From Candidatus Omnitrophota bacterium (GTDB taxonomy: Bacteria; Omnitrophota; Omnitrophia; Omnitrophales; Aquincolibacteriaceae): DNA of 64,000 bases. Below are positions 31,694-41,700 of this stretch, in pieces (the first letter of the stretch is position 1; every line of letters begins with the position of its first letter). Below the pieces are notes generated by a model. It made no database searches. It saw only the letters and a list, made by a program, of their open reading frames with translations, and was not told where the DNA came from. A program made the translations under genes and the position numbers. The stretch covers positions 295,430 through 359,429 of the forward strand of contig CAIOAT010000013.1 in the NCBI GenBank assembly GCA_903856085.1. Direction: 5' to 3'.

Positions 31694-32635
31694 TCAGCGG
31701 CCCAAGATCTTTTTTGCGGTTTTGATAATATAGGGATGGGTAAGGCCGTACTTTTCCAAAAGTTCGTCTGCCCTGCCGGACTCCGCAAAGGTATCTTGAA
31801 TGGCCACAAAACCCATCTTGCAAGGATGTTTCTTGGCGAGAAAAGTCGCCACCGCACTTCCGAGGCCGCCCCAGATTTGATGTTCTTCCGCGACCAGGAC
31901 ATGCCCGGTCCGCTTGGCTTCTTCCAGAATAAGATCCGTATCCAGCGGCTTCACCGTGTGCATATCGATCACGCTCGCACTGATACCTTCTTCGGCCAAA
32001 CGTTCCGCCGCTTCAAGCGCTTCGAAAACTTCCAAACCATTGGCGATAATCGTCAGATCCTTCCCCTCACGCAACCGGATCCCTTTACCGATCTTGAAAT
32101 CCGTGCCGGTTTTGTAAACGACCGGCGCTTTCGGACGTCCGGTGCGGACGTAAACAGGCCCAAGGTGCTTCGCGGTTTCAAGAACCAACGCCCGCGTGGA
32201 GACCTCATCGCTTGGGACCACCACCGAAAAACCAGGAAGGCTTGTCATGAGAGCCACGTCTTCGATCGCCATCTGAGAGGCGCCATCCTCCCCGACCGTG
32301 ATGCCGCCGTGGGAACCGACCACTTTAACATTCAGCTCAGAAAACGCAACGCCCATGCGAAATTGATCAAAACCTTTGCTCACCAAGAAGGATGCAAAAC
32401 TGGAGATGAAAGGGATCTTCCCGCAGGAGGCAAGCCCTGCGGCCACTCCCACCAGGTTCGCTTCCTGGATCCCGACGTTGAAGAACCTCTCCGGAAACTT
32501 TTCGGAAAAAAGCACCGACTTCGTGGCTTTGGAAAGATCCGCGTCCAACACGACCACATTCGGATTCATCTTGCCGATCTCGACAAGGGTCTCCCCGTAA
32601 GCATCCCGCGTGGCTTTGCCTAAGATTTTTTGCAT
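31694..32635 (-). CDS. Transketolase, C-terminal subunit
   Basis: DADLSKAT, NVGIQEAN, GEDGAS, EEH...GGLG. Confidence 0.93.
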   Translation of the reverse strand: MQKILGKATRDAYGETLVEIGKMNPNVVVLDADLSKATKSVLFSEKFPERFFNVGIQEANLVGVAAGLASCGKIPFISSFASFLVSKGFDQFRMGVAFSELNVKVVGSHGGITVGEDGASQMAIEDVALMTSLPGFSVVVPSDEVSTRALVLETAKHLGPVYVRTGRPKAPVVYKTGTDFKIGKGIRLREGKDLTIIANGLEVFEALEAAERLAEEGISASVIDMHTVKPLDTDLILEEAKRTGHVLVAEEHQIWGGLGSAVATFLAKKHPCKMGFVAIQDTFAESGRADELLEKYGLTHPYIIKTAKKILGR

Positions 32636-33453
32636 CAGGATAATTCCTTTAGAGCTTTTTCAACTTCTTCGCGCGTCGGCGCGACGCCATGAAAAGCATT
32701 GTTCCCTTCCATGAAGGAAACGCCTTTGCCTTTGATCGTATGCGCGATGATCATGACCGGCTCATTCTTGACCTTTTTGGCCTTTTCCACCGCATGCAGG
32801 ATCTGTTTCACATCGTGCCCGTCGATTTCAAATGTGTGCCAGCGAAATGCCTTCCATTTTCCGACCACAGGCTCCATATCGCAGATATTTTTCGTAGAAT
32901 CATCGAGCTGATATTTGTTGTAATCAAGAAATGCGATCAGATGATCGACTTTGTGATGCGCCGCCATCGCGGCAGCCTCCCAAGTCTGGCCTTCATTCAT
33001 CTCACCATCGCTTGTAATGACATAGGTGTAGTATTTTTTTTCATCAAGACGCCGCGCAAGCGCCATACCAATCCCCATCGAAAGACCTTGCCCGAGCGAA
33101 CCCGTAGAAGCCTCCACCCCGGGCAACTTGCGCCGGTCCGGATGTCCTTGGAGCGGACTGCCAAGTTTACGGAAATCGGTAAGTGTCTTGGGGTCAAAAT
33201 ACCCGGATTCGGCAAGCGCCGCATAAAGAGCCGGTGAAGCGTGCCCCTTGCTCAAAATGAGACGGTCACGATCCGGCCATTGCGGGTCTTGGGGATTGTG
33301 GTCCATGAGGTTGAAATAGAGGGCTACCAGCATATCGGTAGCAGAAAGTGAACCGCCGGGATGCCCCGAAGCCGCAGCCCCGGTCATCTCGACAATATGG
33401 CGACGAACAAGTTTCGCCTTCGCCTTAAGTTGCTCTACGGACAGCTTTTCCAT
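32635..33453 (-). CDS. Transketolase, N-terminal subunit
   Basis: SGHPGGSLS, DRLILSKGH, LQGHP, TGSLGQG, SDGE..EG..WEA, TIKGKG. Confidence 0.95.
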   Translation of the reverse strand: MEKLSVEQLKAKAKLVRRHIVEMTGAAASGHPGGSLSATDMLVALYFNLMDHNPQDPQWPDRDRLILSKGHASPALYAALAESGYFDPKTLTDFRKLGSPLQGHPDRRKLPGVEASTGSLGQGLSMGIGMALARRLDEKKYYTYVITSDGEMNEGQTWEAAAMAAHHKVDHLIAFLDYNKYQLDDSTKNICDMEPVVGKWKAFRWHTFEIDGHDVKQILHAVEKAKKVKNEPVMIIAHTIKGKGVSFMEGNNAFHGVAPTREEVEKALKELS

Positions 33454-33689
33454 TAAATTAAGTATGCCTTGGCTGATTTGTATAGAGGAAAAAGACAGCG
33501 AAGTTTAGCGGCTTTCACGAATATCGTCAATGAATAAAACGGGAATAAAAACTGCATCTCGGGAAACAAGGAACGGCAAATGTTGCATGTTAAAAGAGCG
33601 CATTTCCCGTTACCGTTACCCCTTTCCCAAAGCATGTTCTCCCAAAAACATATTGTCATACCGATAGTTCCCCATAGAATGATGTTCCT

Positions 33690-34817
33690 ATGTCTATCAA
33701 ACCAACCCTGTTGATCATCGCCTCAAGTGAAAAAGACGCGGACCTTTATTACGCGACGAAATTCATCGCGCCGGATCCGTTCGTCTTCATCCGGGTTCGC
33801 GGGAAAAACTATATTCTTATTAACGACCTTGAGATCGATCGTGCCAAAAAACAGGCCGAAGCCGATGGGATCTTTTCTACTTCCCGGCTCGCCGCCGAGT
33901 ATAAACAAAAACACAAGAAAGCTTGTTCCTTCACGGAATTGGTTCTTTATTTCCTAGAAAAACAAAAAATCAAAAGCGTGCTCGTACCTGGAAATTTTCC
34001 GGTCCAATATTATGAGCCCCTGAAACAAGCCGGCCTCCGGATCCAGTATAAAAACGGGCTCTTTTTTGATAAGCGCCTGATCAAGGACCGTGCCGAGATC
34101 GCGGCGATCACTCAGGCGCTGCGCGCCACAGAAAAATCAGCCCGGGAAGCAATCAAGGTCCTGAAAAAATCCGTCATCCGGAAAGATAAACTTTATTTCC
34201 AGGGGAAAGTCCTCACAAGCGAAGCCCTCCGCAAAGTCATTCATCAAACGCTTTTGGCAGAAGGATGCGCCGGCGAACATACCATCGTCTCCTGTGGCCA
34301 GCATTCCATCGATCCTCACGATCAAGGCACTGGACCGCTGCGACCTCACCAGCCCATCATTATGGATATTTTCCCACGCAGTGAGAAAACGCTTTATTAC
34401 GCGGATTTCACACGCACCGTGGTACGCGGCAAGGCATCCCCTGAACTTAAAAAAATATATGCGGCGGTCAAGGAAGGACAAAACATCGGTTTCAAAATGG
34501 TCCGTGCCGGAATGGCAAGTAAAAAAGTCCATGCGGCTATTCAATCCAGGTTTACGCATCTTGGCTTCAAAACAGGCCCGAAGGATGGCCGCATGCAAGG
34601 GTTCTTCCATAGCACCGGCCACGGACTCGGGCTGGACATCCATGAGCCACCGCGCCTCAGCGTCGGAGAGGATATTTTGAAAGAGGGACAAGTCGTGACC
34701 GTAGAGCCGGGACTTTACTACAAAGGCATCGGAGGCGTGCGCCTCGAGGATGTCGTCGTCGTGACAAAAACAGGCTGCAAGAATCTTACGAAATTCCCAA
34801 GATCGCTGGAAATCTGA
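33690..34817 (+). CDS. Xaa-Pro aminopeptidase (M24B)
   Basis: DPH, D....YYADFTRT, HSTGHGLGLDIHE, TVEPGLY, GVRLED. Confidence 0.92.
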   Translation: MSIKPTLLIIASSEKDADLYYATKFIAPDPFVFIRVRGKNYILINDLEIDRAKKQAEADGIFSTSRLAAEYKQKHKKACSFTELVLYFLEKQKIKSVLVPGNFPVQYYEPLKQAGLRIQYKNGLFFDKRLIKDRAEIAAITQALRATEKSAREAIKVLKKSVIRKDKLYFQGKVLTSEALRKVIHQTLLAEGCAGEHTIVSCGQHSIDPHDQGTGPLRPHQPIIMDIFPRSEKTLYYADFTRTVVRGKASPELKKIYAAVKEGQNIGFKMVRAGMASKKVHAAIQSRFTHLGFKTGPKDGRMQGFFHSTGHGLGLDIHEPPRLSVGEDILKEGQVVTVEPGLYYKGIGGVRLEDVVVVTKTGCKNLTKFPRSLEI

Positions 34818-34919
34818 TATCCCCTATCCCCGCGGTCTAATTCACTTTACAAAACGCAGGAGCCTCTTAGAATGACGCGGAATCAGAACGTTTCACACCG
34901 CACAGACGGATAATAGCTC

Positions 34920-36341
34920 ATGGAAAAATCTCAAGGTTCAAAAAAAGGAACTTGGTTGTTTTTCGGATTGATCCTCTTCCTGGTAATGATTGCCTTCTAT
35001 TTTTATCTGGATTCCGAACATCGCTATTACCAGAGCTTCCGCTACGACCTGCAGGCCGACTATGGTTATGCTTTTCCAAAAGACTCTGCTGTCCCCGTCA
35101 CACTTGAAAAGAATGGGTTCAAATGGCCCTCGGCGAGGCCCGGTGCCGATACGGCTTTTCTTAAAATTGCGGTTCGTTCGGATTGGACAAGCCTTTTATT
35201 TCTTCCCTATGTTGAAGTTCGTTATCGCGATATCGTTTTGAAGCAATATTTTGAAAAAACAAGTTCCGGGATCCGTTATCTGAATCTGAGCCCGCTTTTG
35301 AAAGCAACCCCATCTCTTACCAAAAAAGAAGAAATTGTCTGCAAAGGGCATCACCTCTCCTGGGATCCAGGCGTTTCCGAGCTTTATCTTTTTCAAAATC
35401 CCGAGATTAAGAAAGCCAAGATCCTCATCCTCGCGCCGCACCCGGATGATGCCGAGATCGCGACTTTCGGCCTTTATGACGATCAAGATGCCTATGTCAT
35501 CACCCTCACGGCCGGCGAAGGCGGAAAAACAAAATATAAACGGTTTTTCAAGGATCCGAAAAAGCATGCTCTTTTTCAAGGGAAAGTTCGAACATGGGAT
35601 AGCCTCGTGGTCCCTTTTTGGGGTAACATCCCGCCTCAAAAATGCTTTAACCTCGGCTATTTTGATGGAACATTAAAAGCCATGTCCGGCAATCCAGCCC
35701 GGAAGTTTGCTTCGGAAGATGCGGGAACCTCCGACCTGAACACCTTTCGCCAATACAACGTTTCGGATCTTCTGCCTAAAGATATCCCGACCGAAGCTAC
35801 GTGGAACAACTTGGTCGCGGATCTGGAGCATCTCCTGAACAAGATCAATCCCACGATCATCGTCACTCCCAATCCTCTCATCGACGGACATCCGGACCAT
35901 CAATTTGCCACCCTCGCACTGCTTGAGGCCCTGCAGCGAACACCCGCCGTCAAAGGAAACTTGTACCTTTACACCGTGCACTGCGCCTATTCGACGCGCT
36001 GGCCCTTGGGAACGGCGAAAAGCGTTGTCTCCCTTCCGCCTTTCTTTTCCAAACTTCCATTTTTTGAGAAGATCTACGCCCTCCATTTGTCTCTTGACGT
36101 CTACACCCAGAAATTCTTCGCGATCGATGACATGCACGACATCCGGCCCGTCTATTTTCTCAATGCGCAACAAATCACCGAAGCACTTCCCTCGGCATTG
36201 CAATCCCTTTACCTCCACTGGAAAGGGGCTTTGACCATGCGGAAATATTTGCGAATGGACGAACTTTTCTTTGTAGCTCCTACGGAAAATGCGTCTCATC
36301 TTCGGGAACTATTCTTGAAAAACCTTGCGCCGGAGGATTGA
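34920..36341 (+). CDS. PIG-L/LmbE family deacetylase with N-terminal membrane anchor
   Basis: LAPHPDDAE, LTAGE, LGYFDG, DGHPDH. Confidence 0.85.
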   Translation: MEKSQGSKKGTWLFFGLILFLVMIAFYFYLDSEHRYYQSFRYDLQADYGYAFPKDSAVPVTLEKNGFKWPSARPGADTAFLKIAVRSDWTSLLFLPYVEVRYRDIVLKQYFEKTSSGIRYLNLSPLLKATPSLTKKEEIVCKGHHLSWDPGVSELYLFQNPEIKKAKILILAPHPDDAEIATFGLYDDQDAYVITLTAGEGGKTKYKRFFKDPKKHALFQGKVRTWDSLVVPFWGNIPPQKCFNLGYFDGTLKAMSGNPARKFASEDAGTSDLNTFRQYNVSDLLPKDIPTEATWNNLVADLEHLLNKINPTIIVTPNPLIDGHPDHQFATLALLEALQRTPAVKGNLYLYTVHCAYSTRWPLGTAKSVVSLPPFFSKLPFFEKIYALHLSLDVYTQKFFAIDDMHDIRPVYFLNAQQITEALPSALQSLYLHWKGALTMRKYLRMDELFFVAPTENASHLRELFLKNLAPED

Positions 36342-36640
36342 GCTCTGTGGACATTCTTTTTAAGATCAGCGCCTGGGCGGGAGCGGTCCTTCCCCTTTTT
36401 AATATTCCGCTCATTACGCGAATCATCAAACGAAAATCCGCCGACGATATCAGTCTGGTCTGGCTTTTCGGGGTTTGGGTCTGCATCCTTTTGATGACCC
36501 CCGCCGCATTGACCTCCCAGGACATCGCTTTTCGCGCGTTCGGCTGGACGAATATCATTTTCTTCACCGGCGTCGTCATCGTGACCGTGAAGTATCATCA
36601 TAAAATGGGGGGAAAGGGGAACAGACCCCGGGGAACGTAA
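36338..36640 (+). CDS. PQ-loop/SemiSWEET-like small membrane protein
   Basis: Three TM helices, NIPLITRIIKRKSADDISL. Confidence 0.7.
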   Translation: MSSVDILFKISAWAGAVLPLFNIPLITRIIKRKSADDISLVWLFGVWVCILLMTPAALTSQDIAFRAFGWTNIIFFTGVVIVTVKYHHKMGGKGNRPRGT

Positions 36641-36688
36641 AGCTTTTCCGTTGGCCGCTCCCCGTTCAACACTCCCCGGTCTTTAATC

Positions 36689-37126
36689 ATGCATCCCACC
36701 TATAAAAGAATGCTCGCGGGTCTCAAAAAAGAAAAACCCTCTGCAAACGGGAAGAAAACCGCAGACGATTGGTCTCTTTATATTCTGAAATGCCGCGATG
36801 GATCGTTTTACACCGGCATCACCAACAATCTGGAGCGTCGTCTCAAAATGCACCAGGACGGAAAAGCTTCCCGCTACACCCGCACCCGGGGGCCCGTAGA
36901 GATGCTCTACTCCGAAACGTGCGGCACGAGATCCAGCGCTTTGATACGGGAATGCGAAGTGAAGGAATGGCCTAAAAAGAAAAAAATCTCTTTGATCTCG
37001 GGTGAAGAAGAAACTCCTAAGAGACAAAGGAGAGAGAAAGAAACTTTGATAACATCGGGGAGTGGGAAACGAGAAAAGAAAAACCGAAACATTCACAGTT
37101 CCCCGGGTGACGTTCCCCGTTACTAA
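36689..37126 (+). CDS. GIY-YIG nuclease family protein (UPF0213-like)
   Basis: LYILKCRDGSFYTGITNNLERRLKMHQ.GK.SRYTR. Confidence 0.88.
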   Translation: MHPTYKRMLAGLKKEKPSANGKKTADDWSLYILKCRDGSFYTGITNNLERRLKMHQDGKASRYTRTRGPVEMLYSETCGTRSSALIRECEVKEWPKKKKISLISGEEETPKRQRREKETLITSGSGKREKKNRNIHSSPGDVPRY

Positions 37127-37722
37127 TTGAGTTGATCTTCGAGTTTCTGCGCCAGGGCTTCCATTTGCTTGAGCAAGTAATCCGGCACGAGGTCCTCTTC
37201 TTCCAACTGGGTTTTCGCGGAATTAAGAAATCCGATCAGGCGTCTTAAAACCCCGTTGCGTTTCTGTTCTTTGGCCTCTGCCGTATCCTTCGGCGCATGT
37301 GTTTCGAGGATCTTTTTCACCTGCGCCCGGGCTTCCTTGACCTCCTTACCTTCATTGAGGACATCATTCCGGAGCTCGGCGAATTCATTGGTGGGAATAT
37401 TTTTGTTGTTCTTGGCGAGCCGGAGCACATTCACCGCTTCATAATCCGGGATCTTCCGGGGAGTTTCATCTTCCGTGAAATCCGGTTTTACGATGCGCGG
37501 CTCTTCTTTTTCAAGAAAAGAGTAGGATTTGATCAGTTTTGAGGCCGTCGCTTCCCGGATGCTCAGCTCTTTTTGACAATACGTCTCGAACGCCTGATAG
37601 CCCCATTCCTTATAAAGCTTGTTCTTATAAATGGAGAATAAGTGCTGGCCGAGCTGGATCCAGCTTGCTTTGTGATGTTTGGCGATCTCTACAGTCTTGA
37701 TGCGTAATTCGTCGTTAGCCAT
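37123..37722 (-). CDS. Hypothetical helical protein
   Basis: Clean ORF with GGAG RBS; W..LG..L...LYKEWGY..FE.YC..EL.I motif. Confidence 0.7.
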   Translation of the reverse strand: MANDELRIKTVEIAKHHKASWIQLGQHLFSIYKNKLYKEWGYQAFETYCQKELSIREATASKLIKSYSFLEKEEPRIVKPDFTEDETPRKIPDYEAVNVLRLAKNNKNIPTNEFAELRNDVLNEGKEVKEARAQVKKILETHAPKDTAEAKEQKRNGVLRRLIGFLNSAKTQLEEEDLVPDYLLKQMEALAQKLEDQLN

Positions 37723-37764
37723 TCTTAACTCCTTGTACGGCGAAAGGCGTACCCCTTACCTGTT

Positions 37765-38622
37765 CTAAATGAATTCAAGATGGATCTGTTTCGGAATGAT
37801 CTTGTGCCGGCACGCTTCATCCAGCAATCTACGGAATCCCGCTTCCCCGTCTTCTCCGAGATCGACCGTGCGATCATTCACATACATGGCAACGAAGCGG
37901 TCGTTCAGGTCCTCAGAGATCCCGCGACCGAATTGGCTCGCGTATTCTAAGGCATCCTTCCTGTGGTTCAAGGCATATTCAATGCTTTCTTTAAAGAGCT
38001 TGGCGAAGGAAGCTATCGTCTCCTGCCCCAGATCCCGGCGGATGATATCGATCCCAAGCGGAAGCGGGAGCTTCGTCTTTTGATGCCACCATTCCCCGAG
38101 GTCCAGGACCTTTTCGAGACCGTGTTCGGCATGCGTGATCTGTCCTTCATGGATCACAAGCCCGTAATCCACTTCCCCGCTTTTTACCGCATCAAAGATT
38201 TTATCGAAAGGAACAAAAACCGGCGTGAAATCTTTTGTGTGGAGTTGCAACACTAAAAATGCTGTGGTCAATTTTCCGGGGATCGCAATTCTTGTATGAC
38301 GATCCACGTTCCACGATCCGCGTTTCACATTTCCCGTGGCCCGCGCAACAATGATCGGCCCATAATTGTCGCCGACACTCGCCCCGGACCGCATGACGAG
38401 ATATTTGTCCGCGAGATAAGCATACGCGTGACAGGAAACGGCCGTCACTTCGAGTTCTTCTTTAAGCGCGCGCTGATTGAGAGATTCGATATCCTCGATC
38501 ACATGTTCGACTCGGAATCCCCGCATATCGATCTTTTCATGAGCGAGGGCATAGAACATGAACGCGTCGTCAGGGTCCGGACTGTGACCGACTCGGATAA
38601 TTTTGGGGGATGTTTCAAGCAT
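37765..38622 (-). CDS. mqnD: 1,4-dihydroxy-6-naphthoate synthase (futalosine pathway)
   Basis: GHSPDPDDAFMF, DIESLN, YGPI, IAIPGKLTTA, IHEGQ, DLGEWW...LPLPLG, MYVN. Confidence 0.9.
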   Translation of the reverse strand: MLETSPKIIRVGHSPDPDDAFMFYALAHEKIDMRGFRVEHVIEDIESLNQRALKEELEVTAVSCHAYAYLADKYLVMRSGASVGDNYGPIIVARATGNVKRGSWNVDRHTRIAIPGKLTTAFLVLQLHTKDFTPVFVPFDKIFDAVKSGEVDYGLVIHEGQITHAEHGLEKVLDLGEWWHQKTKLPLPLGIDIIRRDLGQETIASFAKLFKESIEYALNHRKDALEYASQFGRGISEDLNDRFVAMYVNDRTVDLGEDGEAGFRRLLDEACRHKIIPKQIHLEFI

Positions 38623-38738
38623 AGAGGGAATATACGGGATACTTCGAGAAAGTCAACTTTTCCGCAACGCTCCACGCACCAAGCATCGCGGACCACGTGC
38701 TGCGTCTACCATAGTCCGTGATTCGCGCAATGTTCGCC

Positions 38739-41700
38739 TTACGCGCTCTTCGCGGTCGCGAAATACTCGGCCTGCATCTGCTCGACAAACTTGCTCACGC
38801 CGAGGCCGGCGAGATTGAGGAAATTCCGGAACATCTTCTGATCGATCGTCACGATGTTTTCTTTCAGCTCTTCTGCCAGAAGTGCCGTCTGGGGATTATG
38901 CGCTCCCGCGAAAACCATGGCCTTCAGATTCCAGGAATCACGGATAGGTGCGGCTTCACGATCGGTTGCCAGAAGTTCTCTCGCTTCATCCAGATTGGCG
39001 GCCGACAGAATGGTGGGCCGATTCGCTTGACGAAGTTGCTGATTGATCTTTTCAAGAAAAACGCGATCGGTGGAACCTTTTTCAGACAAGACAACGACAG
39101 GAATAGCTCCGAATACATTCCGGATCACATAAATAAGGCCTCGCTTGAAGGCTGTTTCGGGATCAAGAACAAGCGCATCGCTCGCCTGGATCGTCTTGAC
39201 GCCCAGCGCACGATAAAGCATCTTGATCTTAAGCTTACTGAAGAAATTCTTCGGCTCACGGGTCAACGTGACCGGTTCTCCAGCATAAGCAGCCGGGATC
39301 AAATTCGACAAGATAATATCTTTTGCCTTGTTCGTATAAGCCAAGAGCGAAACGATGCCATCCGCAAGTTTTTCTGTAACACCCCGGATACCTTGTTCGC
39401 GTCCGCCACCCCTCCGGAAGTTATCCTCAAAAAAATCACGAAGCCCGGCTACCGGCGACGAGGGTTTCGTCTCTTCAGCCGATCTCAATTCAGAGCGTTT
39501 GTTCAGTTCCATAATACCCGCTTGCGGCGCGTTCATGAAATGCAAGATCTCATCCCGGACTCCAGGACGGCTCTCCAGAAGGTCCTGCACGGGCCCATAG
39601 AACTGTTTAAATTCATGCCCGGCCATCCCCAAATGCCAAACGCTTGGCGACTGGACCGCAACGTGCGCATAGGGCAGCTTGACGTAAGCAATGGCGTGGA
39701 TCACCTCGGGATCGATCACGATCGTATCCCCCGCCTGGACCTTCATCACATATTCTTTCGAATGCTGTGTTTTGATATAAAAACCCATAGCTCCGTCGGC
39801 GACGTAATACAATTCGATGGCCTGCGCGCGTTTCCCTTCATGCTCCAGGGAAGAGCGGTGGGAGTGCACTCGCTCCCTGTCGCCATAGAGTTTCTCATCG
39901 TAGCGTGACAGATCCCTCCCGGGAAAAGATCTTTCCTGGGGTGCGTCTTCCCGGATGAGAGATGCCCCGTTCCAAAGAAACTGGTCTTTCCCGTCTGCTT
40001 TCCTGAAATGAGTATAGGCGGAATTGGCCCACTGGGTCGGCATACGGGAACTCGCGTACATAAAATTCTGTTTATCGGAAAGGGCGATAACAAGCACTCC
40101 CAGTTCCTGGAGCTTTTCGTTTGAAACTACCGCGGAGCGATCCGGCCCCGGGTGCGGCAAAGCCCTGAAATCCTCGCTTCCAAAATCCTTGAACCACGGC
40201 GGTGCCTTCCGCATATGGATCATGAACTCGGCCCCGCTCAAATCCAGAAGATCCAGAGTCACTCCCGGCGCTAGGTCTTTTATTACGATCACGCCCCGCT
40301 CGTTGAGCTCAATGACCTCCCGGTAGTTTCCGTGATTGACCTTGATCTTGACGGCTCCTCCCTGGACGTTATAAATCTGGATCTCGCCCGCAAAACCTCC
40401 GGCGACCTCTCCAGCCGCGAGGGCGCGTAGATATTTTTCTATCTGAGGGCCGACGTAAAAACTCAGATCCGAATCGCCTTCAACCTTCTGTCCCATCTGA
40501 CCCATATCGATCGGTTGAGTGAGTAGCTGTCCATTCTGGAAACGGTAAAAGTTCCCTGTCTGATGCGGCACCAGGGGCTGTAATGCACCCAACTTGGAAT
40601 ATTCAAAACCATCCGCCTTGACGAACCTCTTGATCCCCGCGATCTTGGCGTAGATCATTTCGTCCGAAGACGGCACCGGCAGGATCTCGAAGAAATGGAA
40701 CTGCCCCGGCCTCAGGATCACATTCAACGGCTTCATTTCGTCGGGCGTTCTTATGAAGGTAAGATCGTTTTCATGGGGCCATTCAAGCGCTCCCTTCCAA
40801 AAGCGGGTGCCCCGGTCACGAAGAATGTAGAAGTTGGAGGAAAAATCTGCACCAAAATATTTCTTGAGATCCAAGGAGATCGCGGCCACACCGTCTTCGG
40901 TCCGGCCTTCGTGGGTGATCCCCAAGAACCATTTGCCGTCGTAAGAAGTCATGGAGGCGGCCACCGTGGCATTTTTAGCATTCCAATTTCGCACCTGGAG
41001 CGGCGTCACGGTACCTTCAAAAAATGCGCGGTGCGAAACGAGCTGATTCCGGAATCCTTGAGCAGGATGCACATTGATCATCCCTTCGGGTCGCTCACCG
41101 CGAAGGAGCTCTTCGATGGAAACCCCACGCGCTTCGGACCGCTGGAGCGGAATAGTCGCTTTAGGGACCCTCCGGACAGCGGTGAATGCGATGTCCTGAT
41201 AGCTGTTGATCTCAAAACCAGAGATCGTAATGGGGATCTGCTGGACGGGAACTTTACCGACGGCTCTATAAAAATCCGCGAACTCCTCGGCCGTCATGCG
41301 TCCCTGAACGGGATAGACCAGCGTCACGTGAAAAGGCCGTGGCGGATTACCAAGACCAAGATGTTTTGCGATCGTCCCTTGGACTACGGCCAATGGATCT
41401 TCTTTCCCGTCAGCTTTCCAGATCATGACCACGCCAAGATCCCGGTGCCAGTAGGGCCCGATCAATTTTCCGTGAACTTCGGAAACGGAAGAACTTCGAA
41501 ACGCCTGCCGCAAAGCTTCGGTTGTCTTACGAAGAAAACCATTGTCGACTTCCGCCGCCGTCACCCCATGCTTCAAGCCCTGCAAAGTCAGGTGAAGCTC
41601 ATCCTGAGGAACCGTCAGAACACGAGGTCCGAGCGCGCCCTGGATCTCGGCTTGGATCTGCGTCATTTTTTGGACCGCTGCTTCCTGGTCCTTCCCAAAG

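Noticed and set aside
38718-39908. 396-aa plus-strand ORF, and other long antisense ORFs such as 40695..41714 and 51726..52421
   Set aside because: Shadow frames of the giant gene with no recognisable motifs
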